From Clostridia bacterium (GTDB lineage: Bacteria > Bacillota > Clostridia > Christensenellales > SZUA-584): a DNA stretch of 64,000 bases. The notes beneath the pieces are model-generated. The model did not search any database. It had not been told where the DNA came from and was given only the letters and a program-made list of their open reading frames with translations. A program made the translations under genes and the position numbers. The stretch spans positions 5,937 to 69,936 of the forward strand of contig QKIQ01000017.1 of NCBI GenBank assembly GCA_003249555.1, given 5' to 3'. This document shows positions 18,347 through 29,088 of this stretch, piece by piece (position 1 is the stretch's first letter; each line of letters begins with the position of its first letter).

Positions 18347-18372
18347 GAGAGTGGGAAAACCCCACTCTTTTC
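18347..18372 (+). terminator. Intrinsic-terminator-like hairpin, either an operon leader attenuator or the terminator of the kinase gene
   Basis: GAGAGTGGG-AAAAC-CCCACTCT, followed by a short T tract (TTTTC). It lies downstream of the candidate promoter and 67 nt upstream of rimP. Confidence 0.55.
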
Positions 18373-18438
18373 AATTGTATAGCGCCAAAGATTTTTTTGG
18401 GAGCTTAAAAATAAAGCTGCGATAATAGAAGTAAGAAG

Positions 18439-18897
18439 GTGTTAGTCATTTCCAAAAAAACAGAGATGCTCATAGAGTCACTCGTAGAGCCGTTGATCAC
18501 GCAAAGCGGCTACGAATATGTGGGCATAGAATTAAATAAAAACGGCGCAGATACAGAGCTGATTATATTCGCTGATAAGCCCGGCGGTCTGGAGCTTGAG
18601 GACTGTGAAAAAATCAGCCGGATGATCGACCCGATTATTGATGAACACGATCCGATTGAAGAATCATATTATTTATGTGTATCGTCTCCGGGGCTGGACA
18701 GACCTCTTAAATCAGAGCGAGATTTTAAGCGAAGCATAGGCAAAAAGGTTGATGTGAAGCTTTACCGGCCAATGAACGGTAGCAAGGAATTCACTGGAGA
18801 ATTCACATCATTTGACGAAAACGGTTTTACGCTGGATGGTGAAAAATCCTTTGCGTATAAGGATACCGCGATTGTCAGACTGCATGTTGATCTATAA
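18439..18897 (+). CDS. rimP: Ribosome maturation factor RimP
   Basis: KKTEMLIESLVEPLI..GYE.VGIEL and YYL.VSSPGLDRPLK. The GTG start is uncertain (ATG 18466 is an alternative). Confidence 0.9.
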   Translation: MLVISKKTEMLIESLVEPLITQSGYEYVGIELNKNGADTELIIFADKPGGLELEDCEKISRMIDPIIDEHDPIEESYYLCVSSPGLDRPLKSERDFKRSIGKKVDVKLYRPMNGSKEFTGEFTSFDENGFTLDGEKSFAYKDTAIVRLHVDL

Positions 18898-18911
18898 TTC
18901 GGAGGAAATGT

Positions 18912-20099
18912 ATGAGCACAGAGTTTTTAAGTGCGCTTTCGGCACTGGAAAAAGAAAAAGGGATTGATAAGAGCGTTCTTATTGATGCCATTGAGAATGC
19001 CCTGGTTTCCGCATACAAGAAAAATTATGGTTCGGTTCAGGATGTTCGTGTGGAAGTGGACGACACCACAGGCGCTTATCGTGTATTTGCAAAAAAAACA
19101 GTTGCGGAAACGGTTGAAGATGACGATGCGGAGATTTCTCTTTCCGTTGCACAAAAAATTAATATTGCTTATGAACCCGGTGACATTATCGAAATGGAAG
19201 TCACTCCCGGTTCTTTTGGACGTATTGCGGCGCAAACGGCCAAACAGGTTGTTGTTCACCGTTTGAGAGAAGCTGAACGCGAAATTGTATATGAAAAGTT
19301 TATTGAGCGTGAAGGCGAAGTGATGACCGCATCTATTCACCGTGTTGATAAAAACAACATTTTGCTTGAGCTTGACGGTGCAGAAGGCATGATGCCTGCT
19401 GCTGAGTGTATAGCCGGTGAAAGATACAACATTAATGATCACATCAAGGTTTATGTGATGGAAGTGCGTAAAACAACAAAGGGCCCGCAGATTATTGTTT
19501 CACGGACTCATCCTGGATTGTTAAAGCGCCTTTTTGAAATTGAAGTGCCTGAGATTATGCAGAATATTGTTCATATAAAAAGTATAGCAAGAGAGGCCGG
19601 GTCGCGCACCAAAATTGCTGTTCATTCTGAGGATGAAAATGTCGATCCCGTCGGTTCATGTGTCGGACAAAAAGGCTCACGTATTGACAGAATCGTGGCA
19701 GAGCTTGGAAACGAAAAAATAGATGTGATTCCGTGGAGTATGGATCCTATAGAATTCATTGCGAATTCGCTTCGGCCCGCCAAGGTCCTTATGGTACAGA
19801 TTCACGAATCAGAAAAGGCAGCCAAGGTGGTTGTTCCGGATTATCAGCTGTCTCTCGCCATAGGGCGTGAAGGACAAAACGCAAGACTTGCAGCCAAGCT
19901 TACCGGTTGGAAGATCGATATCAAGAGTCAGTCTCAAATTGAACAAGCGCTCTTCAGTGATGACGATACGCAAGAACAAGAAGTTGATGACGATCTGGAA
20001 TACGACTCGTTTTTTGACGATGATATCAACATGAATGCGAACAATGTTGAAGATTCAGCAGGTATGGATATAATGGAAGATGACAAATTAGAGGAGTGA
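18912..20099 (+). CDS. nusA: Transcription termination/antitermination factor NusA
   Basis: N-terminal domain, S1 and two KH domains (VSRTHPGLLKRLFE.EVPEI, DPVG.CVG.KGSRI, AIGREGQNARLAAKLTGWKIDIK). Acidic tail. Confidence 0.95.
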   Translation: MSTEFLSALSALEKEKGIDKSVLIDAIENALVSAYKKNYGSVQDVRVEVDDTTGAYRVFAKKTVAETVEDDDAEISLSVAQKINIAYEPGDIIEMEVTPGSFGRIAAQTAKQVVVHRLREAEREIVYEKFIEREGEVMTASIHRVDKNNILLELDGAEGMMPAAECIAGERYNINDHIKVYVMEVRKTTKGPQIIVSRTHPGLLKRLFEIEVPEIMQNIVHIKSIAREAGSRTKIAVHSEDENVDPVGSCVGQKGSRIDRIVAELGNEKIDVIPWSMDPIEFIANSLRPAKVLMVQIHESEKAAKVVVPDYQLSLAIGREGQNARLAAKLTGWKIDIKSQSQIEQALFSDDDTQEQEVDDDLEYDSFFDDDINMNANNVEDSAGMDIMEDDKLEE

Positions 20100-20109
20100 A
20101 TATCCTGAT

Positions 20110-20382
20110 TTGAAGACAAAAAAGGTGCCTGTGCGCATGTGTATAGCATGCCGTGAAGGCAAACCAAAAAAGGAACTGATTCGCGTGGTCGCATCTGAAA
20201 ATGGTCTTTGTGCCGATGAAACGGGAAAGGCACATGGACGAGGTGCTTATATTTGTCCTGATGTAAATTGCCTTGACAAGGCGAGGAAAATTAAAGCTTT
20301 TGAACGAGCGCTGGAAACTCCGCTTGATGACGATGCTTATAACACAATTAAAAGGGTGATTTTACGGCGTGGGATCAAATAA
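20110..20382 (+). CDS. ylxR: YlxR/RnpM-family RNA-binding protein (DUF448)
   Basis: KKVPVRMCIACRE.KPKKELIRV...GRGAY.C. Canonical position after nusA. TTG start, exact start uncertain. Confidence 0.85.
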   Translation: MKTKKVPVRMCIACREGKPKKELIRVVASENGLCADETGKAHGRGAYICPDVNCLDKARKIKAFERALETPLDDDAYNTIKRVILRRGIK

Positions 20383-20689
20383 TCTTTCTATGGTGGGCCT
20401 TGCGTTTCGTGCAGGCAAAACGCTGGCCGGAACAGCAGCCTGCGAAAAAGGTTTAAAGCACAGAAATATTCGACTGTTGCTGCTGCAAGATGGGCTCTCG
20501 TCCTCCAGCAGAAAAAGATTTTTGGAGCTTTGTGAAAATACCGGCGTTAAGGTCATCACAATTGGCAATGGTAATACTTTAGGTGATGCGATTGGACGAC
20601 CGGAGATTATGGTGCTTGGTATCACGGATAGAGGATTCGCGGATGCGATATGCAACAATTATGATGGTGGGAGTGGCTTGAATGAGTAA
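20369..20689 (+). CDS. ylxQ: L7Ae/L30e-family RNA-binding protein (YlxQ-like)
   Basis: [12 protein letters not shown].. region and position between ylxR and infB. The start could also be ATG 20390. Confidence 0.8.
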   Translation: MGSNNLSMVGLAFRAGKTLAGTAACEKGLKHRNIRLLLLQDGLSSSSRKRFLELCENTGVKVITIGNGNTLGDAIGRPEIMVLGITDRGFADAICNNYDGGSGLNE

Positions 20690-23423
20690 ACTGAAAATTA
20701 TTGATATGAACAAACAATTGATAGACAGATCAAAGCAAACCGTGGGGCGAATGGAATCACTTCAAACAAGTGTTCAAAACCATTTGGCCTCATTGAAGCG
20801 CATTGAAGCAGAATTAATTAGAATTGCGCGCGCAGAGGCTGAAGAACAGCGTCTGCTTAAACAACAACAGGAAACACAGGATACACAGGAACATACAAAA
20901 GCTGCGGCAGAGATTGAAAAGCCAGAAAAACAGGTTACTGCTACTCCAGTAGAAAATGCTGTGCAGAATGAACAGTCAAATAATACAACAAATGAAGATT
21001 TGCTCAAACCTGAAATGCCAAAAGAACCTTTACAGGAAAAAAACGTAAAACCGCTAGTAAATGAGAATACGGATATTAATATAAATACAACCGAAGAAAA
21101 GAGCCCCCGCCAAGAGCAGGGCCAATTACACGGCGGGCAGGATCGTCCGCGTTTCAATCAGGAACAGCGTGGCGGGCAGGATCGTCCGCGTTTCAATCAG
21201 GAACAGCGTGGCGGGCAGGATCGTCCGCGTTTCAATCAGGAACAGCGTGGCGGACAGGATCGTCCGCGTTTCAATCAGGAACAGCGTGGCGGACAGGATC
21301 GTCCGCGTTTCAATCAGGAACAACGTGGCGGACAGGATCGTCCGCGTTTCAATCAGGAACAGCGTGGCGGGCAGGATCAGCGTTCTCGCAATGAGAATCA
21401 AAAACCTCCCGCTTCACGAGATTTTTCCAAGTCTCCGAAACCGAAAAGTACCGAAGCTGAAACGGAAGGGTTTGTTTCAGTAGAAAAAAGAAACCATCTG
21501 TCTGGCAAGAAAAGTACCCATAACACTACTTTTGTTAAAGATGACAAAGGTAGAAAATCCAAAAAGGCGCTGATGAAGGAAAAAGTTGGTTTCGACGAAG
21601 GTGACGGAAGATACAGAAGCAAACGCCGTGTAAAGAACAAGCCTTCTGTGACACCTATGCCTGTGGTTATAGAAAAAGCCGTCATGACCAGCGAAACAAT
21701 TTCTGTGAAGTCGCTTGCGGAAAAGACAGGCAAACCAGTTGCGGAGCTTTTGAAAAAGCTGCTGTTGCTTGGGATGATGTCTACAATTAATTCAGAAATT
21801 GATTGTGATACCGCGCAGCTAGTATGCTCTGAATTTAACATTGAGCTTGAGTATAAACCCGCAATGACAGCTGAAGATGTTTTGGGTGAGGTCGATCAGG
21901 AAGACGACGTGGAAAACCTTGAATCGCGTCCGCCCATAGTCACCGTTATGGGGCATGTCGATCACGGTAAGACATCGCTATTAGACGCAATACGCAAAAC
22001 ACGCGTCACAGAACATGAAGCGGGCGGAATCACACAGCATATCGGCGCATATACAATCACTCATAAAAAAAGAGACATCACTTTCCTCGACACACCGGGG
22101 CATGAAGCGTTTACAGCAATGCGCGCAAGAGGCGCGCAGGTCACCGATATTGCGATTCTGGTGGTGGCCGCTGATGACGGCGTGATGCCGCAGACGATTG
22201 AAGCGATTAACCATTCAAAAGCAGCAAATGTACCCATTATTGTGGCGATAAATAAAATCGACAAGCAGAACGCAAATCCTGAAAGGGTGAAGCAGGAGCT
22301 GACAGAGCATGGTCTCATCGCCGAAGAGTGGGGCGGCGAAACCATTATGGTTCCTGTCTCCGCACAAACGAAGGATGGTATTGACCAATTGCTTGAAATG
22401 ATCGGTCTTGTGTCCGATATGCAAGAGCTCAAAGCCAACCCGAAAAGATTGGCAAAAGGCACCATTGTCGAAGCCAAGCTTGATAAGGGCCGCGGTCCTG
22501 TGGCAACCGTCCTTGTTCAGAACGGTACACTGCGTGTACAGGATATGATTGTGGCAGGTGTGGCTTACGGACGTGTACGCGCAATGGTGGACGATATGGG
22601 CAACCGCGTAGAGGAAGCCTATCCGTCACAACCCGTTGAGGTTGTGGGCTTTTCCGAAGTCCCAATCGCGGGTGATATTATGCATGCTGTGGAGCAGGAT
22701 AAGCTGACGCGCCAAGTTGCGGAAGAAAGAAAAGACAAGCAAAAGGCCGACATGCTCAAAAACCTTTCCAAAGTCAGTTTTGAAGATTTGTTCAGTCAAG
22801 TGGAACAGGGAAAGGTTCAGGATCTGAATATCGTCATAAAGGCAGATGTTCAGGGTTCAGTGGAAGCTGTGCGGCAGGCTCTTGAAAAATTGAGCAACAG
22901 TGAAGTGCGTGTGAAGGTCATCCACGCGGGCGTCGGGGCTATCAAAGCGATGGATGTTATGCTGGCATCTGCTTCCAATGCGGTGATTATCGGCTTCAAC
23001 GTACGTCCGGATACCATGGCACGAACTGAGGCTGATAAGGAAAAAGTAGAAATTAGGCTTTATCGCGTCATATACAAGGCAATCGAAGATCTACAGCTTG
23101 CTGTCAAAGGCATGCTGGCACCCGAGTTCAAGGAAGTGGTGCTTGGGCATGCCGAAGTCCGCACCACGTTTAGCGTATCCAGCATCGGCACAATTGCGGG
23201 CAGCTATGTGACTGACGGAAAAATTACAAAGAGCTCTTCTGTTCGTTTGCTGCGAGATAATATCGTCGTTCATGAAGGTGTTCTTGCTTCGCTCAAACGT
23301 TTCAAGGATGACGCAAAAGAAGTGAATCAAGGGTATGAATGCGGCATAACCATCAAAAACTATAATGACTTAAAAGAAGGCGACGTTATTGAAGCCTTTG
23401 AAATGCAGGAGATAAAGAGATAG
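20682..23423 (+). CDS. infB: Translation initiation factor IF-2
   Basis: G domain [33 protein letters not shown]-terminal domains intact. Low-complexity N-terminal region carries a tandem repeat. Confidence 0.97.
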   Translation: MSKLKIIDMNKQLIDRSKQTVGRMESLQTSVQNHLASLKRIEAELIRIARAEAEEQRLLKQQQETQDTQEHTKAAAEIEKPEKQVTATPVENAVQNEQSNNTTNEDLLKPEMPKEPLQEKNVKPLVNENTDININTTEEKSPRQEQGQLHGGQDRPRFNQEQRGGQDRPRFNQEQRGGQDRPRFNQEQRGGQDRPRFNQEQRGGQDRPRFNQEQRGGQDRPRFNQEQRGGQDQRSRNENQKPPASRDFSKSPKPKSTEAETEGFVSVEKRNHLSGKKSTHNTTFVKDDKGRKSKKALMKEKVGFDEGDGRYRSKRRVKNKPSVTPMPVVIEKAVMTSETISVKSLAEKTGKPVAELLKKLLLLGMMSTINSEIDCDTAQLVCSEFNIELEYKPAMTAEDVLGEVDQEDDVENLESRPPIVTVMGHVDHGKTSLLDAIRKTRVTEHEAGGITQHIGAYTITHKKRDITFLDTPGHEAFTAMRARGAQVTDIAILVVAADDGVMPQTIEAINHSKAANVPIIVAINKIDKQNANPERVKQELTEHGLIAEEWGGETIMVPVSAQTKDGIDQLLEMIGLVSDMQELKANPKRLAKGTIVEAKLDKGRGPVATVLVQNGTLRVQDMIVAGVAYGRVRAMVDDMGNRVEEAYPSQPVEVVGFSEVPIAGDIMHAVEQDKLTRQVAEERKDKQKADMLKNLSKVSFEDLFSQVEQGKVQDLNIVIKADVQGSVEAVRQALEKLSNSEVRVKVIHAGVGAIKAMDVMLASASNAVIIGFNVRPDTMARTEADKEKVEIRLYRVIYKAIEDLQLAVKGMLAPEFKEVVLGHAEVRTTFSVSSIGTIAGSYVTDGKITKSSSVRLLRDNIVVHEGVLASLKRFKDDAKEVNQGYECGITIKNYNDLKEGDVIEAFEMQEIKR
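21132..21379 (+). repeat. Tandem 39-bp repeat, 6 full copies plus a partial 7th, encoding [13 protein letters not shown]
   Basis: Units start at 21132, 21171, 21210, 21249, 21288, 21327 and 21366. Only two variable sites are seen (GGG/GGA and CAG/CAA), both synonymous. Confidence 0.95.
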
Positions 23424-23761
23424 TGTATAAAGACCGAATGTCCGGCATACAGGCTGAGTTTAAACGGACTCTCAGCGAAATCATTAAGAATGACATCAAA
23501 GATCCGCGTGTGTCTGAGATGGCCAGCGTGACCCATGTGGAATTAACGCGCGATTTAAAATATGCGAAAGCGTTTATCAGCATATTCGATTCGGAAAAAA
23601 TGAAAAAATCAACGATTGAAACGCTGACTCATGCTGAACATTTTATCAAAAATGAAATCGGGCATAGAATGAGAATGAGGCGTTTGCCGGAGATTACGTT
23701 TTTATTGGATACATCCATCGAGTACAGCAATAAAATATCTGAAATGCTGAAGAAAGTATAA
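23423..23761 (+). CDS. rbfA: Ribosome-binding factor A
   Basis: R...I.AEFKR.LSEII.NDIKDPRV and the position after infB. GTG overlaps the infB stop by 1 nt. Confidence 0.9.
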   Translation: MYKDRMSGIQAEFKRTLSEIIKNDIKDPRVSEMASVTHVELTRDLKYAKAFISIFDSEKMKKSTIETLTHAEHFIKNEIGHRMRMRRLPEITFLLDTSIEYSNKISEMLKKV

Positions 23762-23768
23762 AGAATAA

Positions 23769-24716
23769 ATGGGGTTAATAAAAATCGCAGACGCTATAGA
23801 GCGCGCGCGCAGCATCATGCTCGTGGCACATGTTCAGCCGGATGGCGACACGCTCGGTTCGTGCTTTGCATTAAAAGTGATGCTGGAGAAAATGGGAAAG
23901 GATGTCTTCATCTGCTGTGACGGAGACATGCCGTCGCGTTATCAAGAGCTTTTTCCAGCAGATATGATTCTGAACCCGCTTAATGTGAAAGAAACGGCAG
24001 ACTTGGCGATAGCTGTGGATTGCGCTGACAGCGCGCGCCTTGGCAAGTGTTTTAAGCTCTTTAAAAATGCGAAAGCCACTGCCAACATCGACCATCATAT
24101 AACAAACGATGGTTATGCGCAGCTCAATTTTGTAACAGGCGCGTCGTCTGTCGGAGAAATAGTATGCGAACTTATGCAGCTATGCGGCATTGAGCCTGAC
24201 GAGAAATCGGCGCAGTATTTGTATATTGCGATATCGACGGACACAGGCAACTTCACATATTCAAATACGAACAGAAAATGCCTGACATATGCGGCAGAGA
24301 TGGTCGAATTGTTTGATCTGAGAAACACGGCCGATGTGCTTTTTCGCCGACGGTCGCTTATTGCGACCCAGCTTATCGGACGCGCATTATCTCGTTTGGA
24401 AATATTCGACGGCGGGAAAATTGCATTTGTGACACTTCTGGAAAGCGATATGAAAGAATTTGGCGCACACAGCTCAGACTGTGAAAGCATCGTTGATTTT
24501 GCACGGGAAATTGAAGAAACGCAAGCTGCGGTATTTTTCAGGGAACTGCTGCATGGCGTAAAAATAAGCTTCCGGAGCAAAGGCGGTATCGATGTTGGCG
24601 CGGTGGCCGCGCTATATGGCGGAGGCGGTCATGCAGGCGCTTCGGGGTGCCAAACGAGCGGCAAACTTGATGAAGTAAAAAAATCTGTACTGGAAAAGCT
24701 CAAAGGACTGATATAG
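23769..24716 (+). CDS. nrnA: DHH/DHHA1 phosphoesterase (NrnA-like oligoribonuclease/pAp phosphatase)
   Basis: H..PDGDT.GS, NIDHH and GGGH motifs. Confidence 0.8.
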   Translation: MGLIKIADAIERARSIMLVAHVQPDGDTLGSCFALKVMLEKMGKDVFICCDGDMPSRYQELFPADMILNPLNVKETADLAIAVDCADSARLGKCFKLFKNAKATANIDHHITNDGYAQLNFVTGASSVGEIVCELMQLCGIEPDEKSAQYLYIAISTDTGNFTYSNTNRKCLTYAAEMVELFDLRNTADVLFRRRSLIATQLIGRALSRLEIFDGGKIAFVTLLESDMKEFGAHSSDCESIVDFAREIEETQAAVFFRELLHGVKISFRSKGGIDVGAVAALYGGGGHAGASGCQTSGKLDEVKKSVLEKLKGLI

Positions 24717-25586
24717 ATGAACGGTATAATCAACTTTTTAAAGCCGCCCGGTATGTCATCAAACGGTGCGGTTGTTTTTTTAAGAGGGCTTCTTCGCGTA
24801 AAAAAGACAGGTCATGCTGGAACACTGGATCCGGGGGCATGCGGCGTGCTTCCAATTTGTGTTGGCAAAGCCACGCGCATTTCTTCATATGTGATGGGCG
24901 GCATCAAGGAATATATTGCAGAGGTCACATTTGGAAAAAGCACGGACACGGGCGACAGTTACGGAAGTGTGACACAGGTTTCCCATGTGACTCTTCCTGA
25001 AGCGGAGACTGTTAAATCGGCGTTGCGCGCGTTTTCCGGTCTCGTTACTCAGCAGACGCCTGCATACAGTGCCGTCAAGCATGAAGGCAGGAAGCTGTAT
25101 GAGCTTGCGCGACGTGGCATTGAAATTGAGCCCAAGCAACGAGAGATTATGATTTATGATGCAGCTTATATACGCCAAACAAGTGACGCTTCTCATTTGC
25201 TTAGAATCGTATGCGGAAAAGGCACATATATCAGACAACTTTGCGAAGATATTGGACAAAACCTCGGCATTCCTGCATATATGTCGTTTTTAGTGCGTAC
25301 GAAATGTGCCGGTCTTAATATCGATCAAGCTTATACTGCAGATGAGCTGAAAAACATGCAGGGACAGTTTCAGGATGCACTTTTGCCTATGGATGGTTTT
25401 TTACACACTCTTCTTAGGATTGATGCTGACAAGGAACTTTTTCCGGCATTAATCAACGGTAACAATGTACATGTTGGAGGAGAAGACATCGATAAGGCGT
25501 GTATATATGTGCAAAACCGCTTGCTTGGCATAGGACAGCGCATGAGTGGTGATCTGAAAATCTCAACATTACTGGTGGATAGATAG
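24717..25586 (+). CDS. truB: tRNA pseudouridine-55 synthase
   Basis: NG.IN..KP.GMSS, K.GH.GTLDP, YSA.K..G..LYE.AR.G. Confidence 0.93.
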   Translation: MNGIINFLKPPGMSSNGAVVFLRGLLRVKKTGHAGTLDPGACGVLPICVGKATRISSYVMGGIKEYIAEVTFGKSTDTGDSYGSVTQVSHVTLPEAETVKSALRAFSGLVTQQTPAYSAVKHEGRKLYELARRGIEIEPKQREIMIYDAAYIRQTSDASHLLRIVCGKGTYIRQLCEDIGQNLGIPAYMSFLVRTKCAGLNIDQAYTADELKNMQGQFQDALLPMDGFLHTLLRIDADKELFPALINGNNVHVGGEDIDKACIYVQNRLLGIGQRMSGDLKISTLLVDR

Positions 25587-26486
25587 ATGAAGGTAATGAA
25601 TCTTCTGCAGGCAAAAAAAATTCAATTTATGAATACATCACTTGCTCTGGGTACATTCGATGGTCTTCATATTGGCCATATGGCGCTTATAGATGCCGTG
25701 AAACGCCAGCGTGCGAAAAGTGTTGTTTTTACATTCGATTCACTTCCTGCAGATTACTTTTATGGTGAACATCGTCCTATGCAGCTGATGACACTGGATG
25801 AAAAGATATCGGCGTTTGAAAAAGCGGGAGTCGATTTTCTTTGCCTCACGCATTTTGACAAAAAACTCGCCGTCATTGATAAAGATAAATTTGCGGCAAT
25901 GATACATGATATTTTCAAACCTGTTTCCGTAATTGCGGGATACAATTACACCTATGGGCGTGACGCAAAGGGTAATGCGGATACATTGCAAAAGGCAGGC
26001 GTACGATTTGGTTTTGAGGTGCAGGTGATTGAGCCGGTCTTTTCTGAAGGCGAGCCTGTCAGCGCCACGCGTATTCGCGAATGCATTGAAGCGGGCAATG
26101 TGGAGCGTGCGTCTCATTTGTTGGGGTACAATTATCCGCTGACCGGAAAGGTGGGCAGCGGACGCCGCATCGGCACCCATAAACTTGGGTTTCCGACAGC
26201 AAACCTCATCCCACCGCCTGAAAAAATGATTCCTCTAAGGGGCGTATACGGCGTTTCAGTATTTGCCAAAGACAAAGATTTTAAAGGCGTCTGCAATATC
26301 GGCGTAAATCCCACAGTGTCAAACAGCATTCGAGAAAGCATTGAGACACATATCATCGGATTAAATGACAATTTATACGGCGAAACAATGACAATACGCT
26401 TTGAGAAACGTATTCGCGGAGAGAAAAAATTCAACAGCATAGGCGAGCTTAAAGCGCAGATTCAGCGTGATATAGATAGTCTTTAA
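25587..26486 (+). CDS. ribF: Bifunctional riboflavin kinase / FMN adenylyltransferase
   Basis: LGTFDGLHIGH, S.TRIR, G.V..G...G...GFPTAN, and the ETHI region. Confidence 0.93.
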   Translation: MKVMNLLQAKKIQFMNTSLALGTFDGLHIGHMALIDAVKRQRAKSVVFTFDSLPADYFYGEHRPMQLMTLDEKISAFEKAGVDFLCLTHFDKKLAVIDKDKFAAMIHDIFKPVSVIAGYNYTYGRDAKGNADTLQKAGVRFGFEVQVIEPVFSEGEPVSATRIRECIEAGNVERASHLLGYNYPLTGKVGSGRRIGTHKLGFPTANLIPPPEKMIPLRGVYGVSVFAKDKDFKGVCNIGVNPTVSNSIRESIETHIIGLNDNLYGETMTIRFEKRIRGEKKFNSIGELKAQIQRDIDSL

Positions 26487-26510
26487 CTGTTTTTGAAAAT
26501 AATCTTTAGG

Positions 26511-26530
26511 AGGGGGCATTTGAGCCCCTT
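26511..26530. terminator. Weak hairpin between convergent ribF and the LUD gene
   Basis: AGGGGGC-ATTTGA-GCCCCTT. Flanking T/A tracts are poor on both strands. Confidence 0.4.
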
Positions 26531-26546
26531 TAATATATGAGTAAAA

Positions 26547-27161
26547 TCAATACCCAAATTCGCCGTCTATGAGCACCACATGCATCTCTTTGCCGCGCGT
26601 GGGGCGCTGAATACGCACAGTCACATTGCACATACGCTGATCGCTGTCACAGTCTGTGCAGCGGTTTTCGGTGGCGCAGGGGGTAGAAAGGCCAAGCCGC
26701 CGTGCGTTTTGAGGACAAGCTACTTTTTTAATGCGCACGACCGCTGTGTGCGGATTGGCAGTCAACTTGTTTTTCCCTGCCACAAAGATCACCTTATTCG
26801 GACCGTAAAACATTGCTGACGCACGATTGCCCGTTCCGTCAATATTGATTAAATCACCATCAAGCGTCAGTGCGTTAGTTGATGTAAGATACACATCCGC
26901 TGTCATGGCCTTATGTCTGACTTCATTTTTGTCTTGACCGCAGCGATCTGCCAGTTCTCCTGAATAGATTGTGTTTCCTCGCTTCAGCAGTGAGTCCACG
27001 ATGCCCGTCTCAAAAAGAGTCATGCTGCCGCCCATCCCCACAGTATCATCATGACCGATCACCGAAATAACGTACGAAACCGCGTCATTCGCGTCGGTTG
27101 CTATCACTGCTTTGAAGCCCTTTTTGTTTAGCGCATCAATTGTTTTTTCGATATCGTTCAT
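26547..27161 (-). CDS. LUD-domain (YkgG/LutC-like, DUF162) protein with a C-terminal Cys cluster
   Basis: ATG 27161 follows GGAGGA. GMGGSMTL, LTSTNALTLDG.LINIDG.GNR are LUD-like. C-terminal cysteines: CPQN...C...C..C......C. Confidence 0.7.
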   Translation of the reverse strand: MNDIEKTIDALNKKGFKAVIATDANDAVSYVISVIGHDDTVGMGGSMTLFETGIVDSLLKRGNTIYSGELADRCGQDKNEVRHKAMTADVYLTSTNALTLDGDLINIDGTGNRASAMFYGPNKVIFVAGKNKLTANPHTAVVRIKKVACPQNARRLGLSTPCATENRCTDCDSDQRMCNVTVRIQRPTRGKEMHVVLIDGEFGY

Positions 27162-27226
27162 TTCATTCCTCCAACTTATACATGTCTTATTATAACATGG
27201 CATTATCTCAAAACCAATATTGCTGA

Positions 27227-27255
27227 TTGCAATTCTGTTCGCTTTTATATAATAT
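27227..27255 (+). promoter_or_regulatory. Candidate sigma-A promoter for lepA
   Basis: TTGCAA, 17 nt, TAATAT (or 15 nt to TATAAT). Confidence 0.35.
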
Positions 27256-27288
27256 AGTTGCGAGATTATAACGGAGGAAATGCTTTAT

Positions 27289-29088
27289 ATGGCATCAAGC
27301 ATGGACAAATTCAGAAACTTCTGCATCATTGCGCATATCGACCACGGCAAATCGACGCTGGCCGATAGGCTCATTGAAGCCACAAATACGATATCAAAGC
27401 GCGACATGCACGCGCAGATTCTTGATACAATGGACCTGGAGCAGGAACGCGGCATCACCATCAAGTCTCAGGCTGTGCGTATGTTCTATGTGTTTGGTGG
27501 TGTGGAATATACGCTCAATCTGATTGATACACCGGGACACGTCGATTTCACATACGAGGTTTCCAGGAGCATGGCGGCATGTGAAGGCGCGATACTCGTG
27601 GTGGACGCCAGTCAGGGTATTGAAGCGCAGACACTGGCAAACGTATACCTAGCCATGGATAACGGGTTGGAAATTCTGCCTGTCATCAATAAAATTGACC
27701 TACCCTCTGCGCGCGTGGATGAAGTCTGCAAGGAGATTGAAGATGTACTGGGGCTCGATACGTCATACGCGCCGCGAATCAGTGCCAAGGAAGGCATCGG
27801 TATTAACGATGTGCTGAAAGCCATTGTTGAGTATCTTCCCGCGCCGAGCGGTGATGCTGACGCGCCTTTAAAGGCAATGATATTTGATTCATATTATGAC
27901 AATTATAAAGGCGCCATCAGCTATGTACGTGTGAAACAGGGCAGCGTCAAAGAAGGTGAAAAAATTCTGTTTATGGCTGCGGGTAAACGCTTCGAAGTAA
28001 CGGAAACAGGCGTATTTCTTCCCACACCATTCAGAACGACATCTTTATCAGCGGGAGAGGTGGGTTACATTGCGGCGAGCGTAAAAAACGTGTCGGACAC
28101 GCGGGTAGGCGATACCATCACCAACGCGAAAGATGGCGCGACAGAGCCACTGCCAGGATACAAAGAGGTGACGCCCATGGTGTTCTGCGGCATTTATCCG
28201 GCTGACGGTGCAGACTATGAGGATTTGAAAGATGCGCTTGCCAAGCTTGCGCTTAACGATGCCTCGCTGATATATGAGCCTGAAACTTCTGTGGCGCTCG
28301 GCTTTGGCTTCCGCTGCGGTTTTTTGGGGCTGCTGCACATGGAAATCATTCAGGAACGGCTGGAACGCGAATTTGACCTCAATCTCGTGACCACCGCACC
28401 CAGCGTGAGCTATCATGTCATGACGGTAAAGGGCGAACTGCTTGTTGTAGAAAACCCCACAAATTTGCCGCCCACAACGTCTATTGAGTATATGGAAGAG
28501 CCGATTGCCGATGCCACGATTATGACACCGGATGAATATGTGGGTGCGGTGATGGATATCTGTCAGGAAAAACGCGGCGTGTTTAAAAACATGGAATACC
28601 TTGAGGAGACGCGCGTACTTATCCATTACGAACTGCCGCTTAATGAAATTATATATGACTTTTTTGATATATTAAAGTCACGCACGCGCGGCTATGCCTC
28701 GCTCGATTATGAGCTCAAAGGCTATAAGAAAAGCGACCTTGTGCGGCTGGATATGCTTCTGAATGGCGATACTTGCGACGCACTGTCTATCATTGTACAT
28801 CGCGACAAGGCATATGCGCGCGGACGCAGCATTGCTGAAAAATTGAAGGATGCGATTCCGCGTCAATTGTTTGAAATACCCATTCAGGCAGCCATCGGCG
28901 GCAAGGTTATTGCGCGAGAAACGGTGAAAGCCATGCGCAAGGACGTGCTGGCCAAATGCTATGGCGGCGACATCTCGCGAAAGAAAAAGCTGTTAGAAAA
29001 GCAGAAAGAAGGCAAAAAGCGCATGCGGCAGGTGGGTAGCGTTGAGGTGCCGTCCGAAGCGTTCATGTCCGTGCTCAAAATGGACTGA
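27289..29088 (+). CDS. lepA: Elongation factor 4 (LepA)
   Basis: [34 protein letters not shown], and the LepA C-terminal domain. ATG 27280 is only 2 nt from GGAGG, so 27289 is preferred. Confidence 0.95.
   Translation: MASSMDKFRNFCIIAHIDHGKSTLADRLIEATNTISKRDMHAQILDTMDLEQERGITIKSQAVRMFYVFGGVEYTLNLIDTPGHVDFTYEVSRSMAACEGAILVVDASQGIEAQTLANVYLAMDNGLEILPVINKIDLPSARVDEVCKEIEDVLGLDTSYAPRISAKEGIGINDVLKAIVEYLPAPSGDADAPLKAMIFDSYYDNYKGAISYVRVKQGSVKEGEKILFMAAGKRFEVTETGVFLPTPFRTTSLSAGEVGYIAASVKNVSDTRVGDTITNAKDGATEPLPGYKEVTPMVFCGIYPADGADYEDLKDALAKLALNDASLIYEPETSVALGFGFRCGFLGLLHMEIIQERLEREFDLNLVTTAPSVSYHVMTVKGELLVVENPTNLPPTTSIEYMEEPIADATIMTPDEYVGAVMDICQEKRGVFKNMEYLEETRVLIHYELPLNEIIYDFFDILKSRTRGYASLDYELKGYKKSDLVRLDMLLNGDTCDALSIIVHRDKAYARGRSIAEKLKDAIPRQLFEIPIQAAIGGKVIARETVKAMRKDVLAKCYGGDISRKKKLLEKQKEGKKRMRQVGSVEVPSEAFMSVLKMD

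Noticed and set aside
18397-18426. Second promoter-like element TTGGGA, 18 nt, TGCGATAAT just upstream of rimP
   Set aside because: The transcript would start about 6 nt before the GTG start, leaving no room for an RBS. It is retained only as the alternative hypothesis for the rimP leader finding.
21126-21483. Repeat-containing ORFs (91 aa on the minus strand, 104 aa on the plus strand) with the reiterated peptide [11 protein letters not shown] / [11 protein letters not shown]
   Set aside because: They are the infB 39-bp tandem repeat read in other frames. Their periodicity is a by-product of the repeat and not evidence of independent genes.
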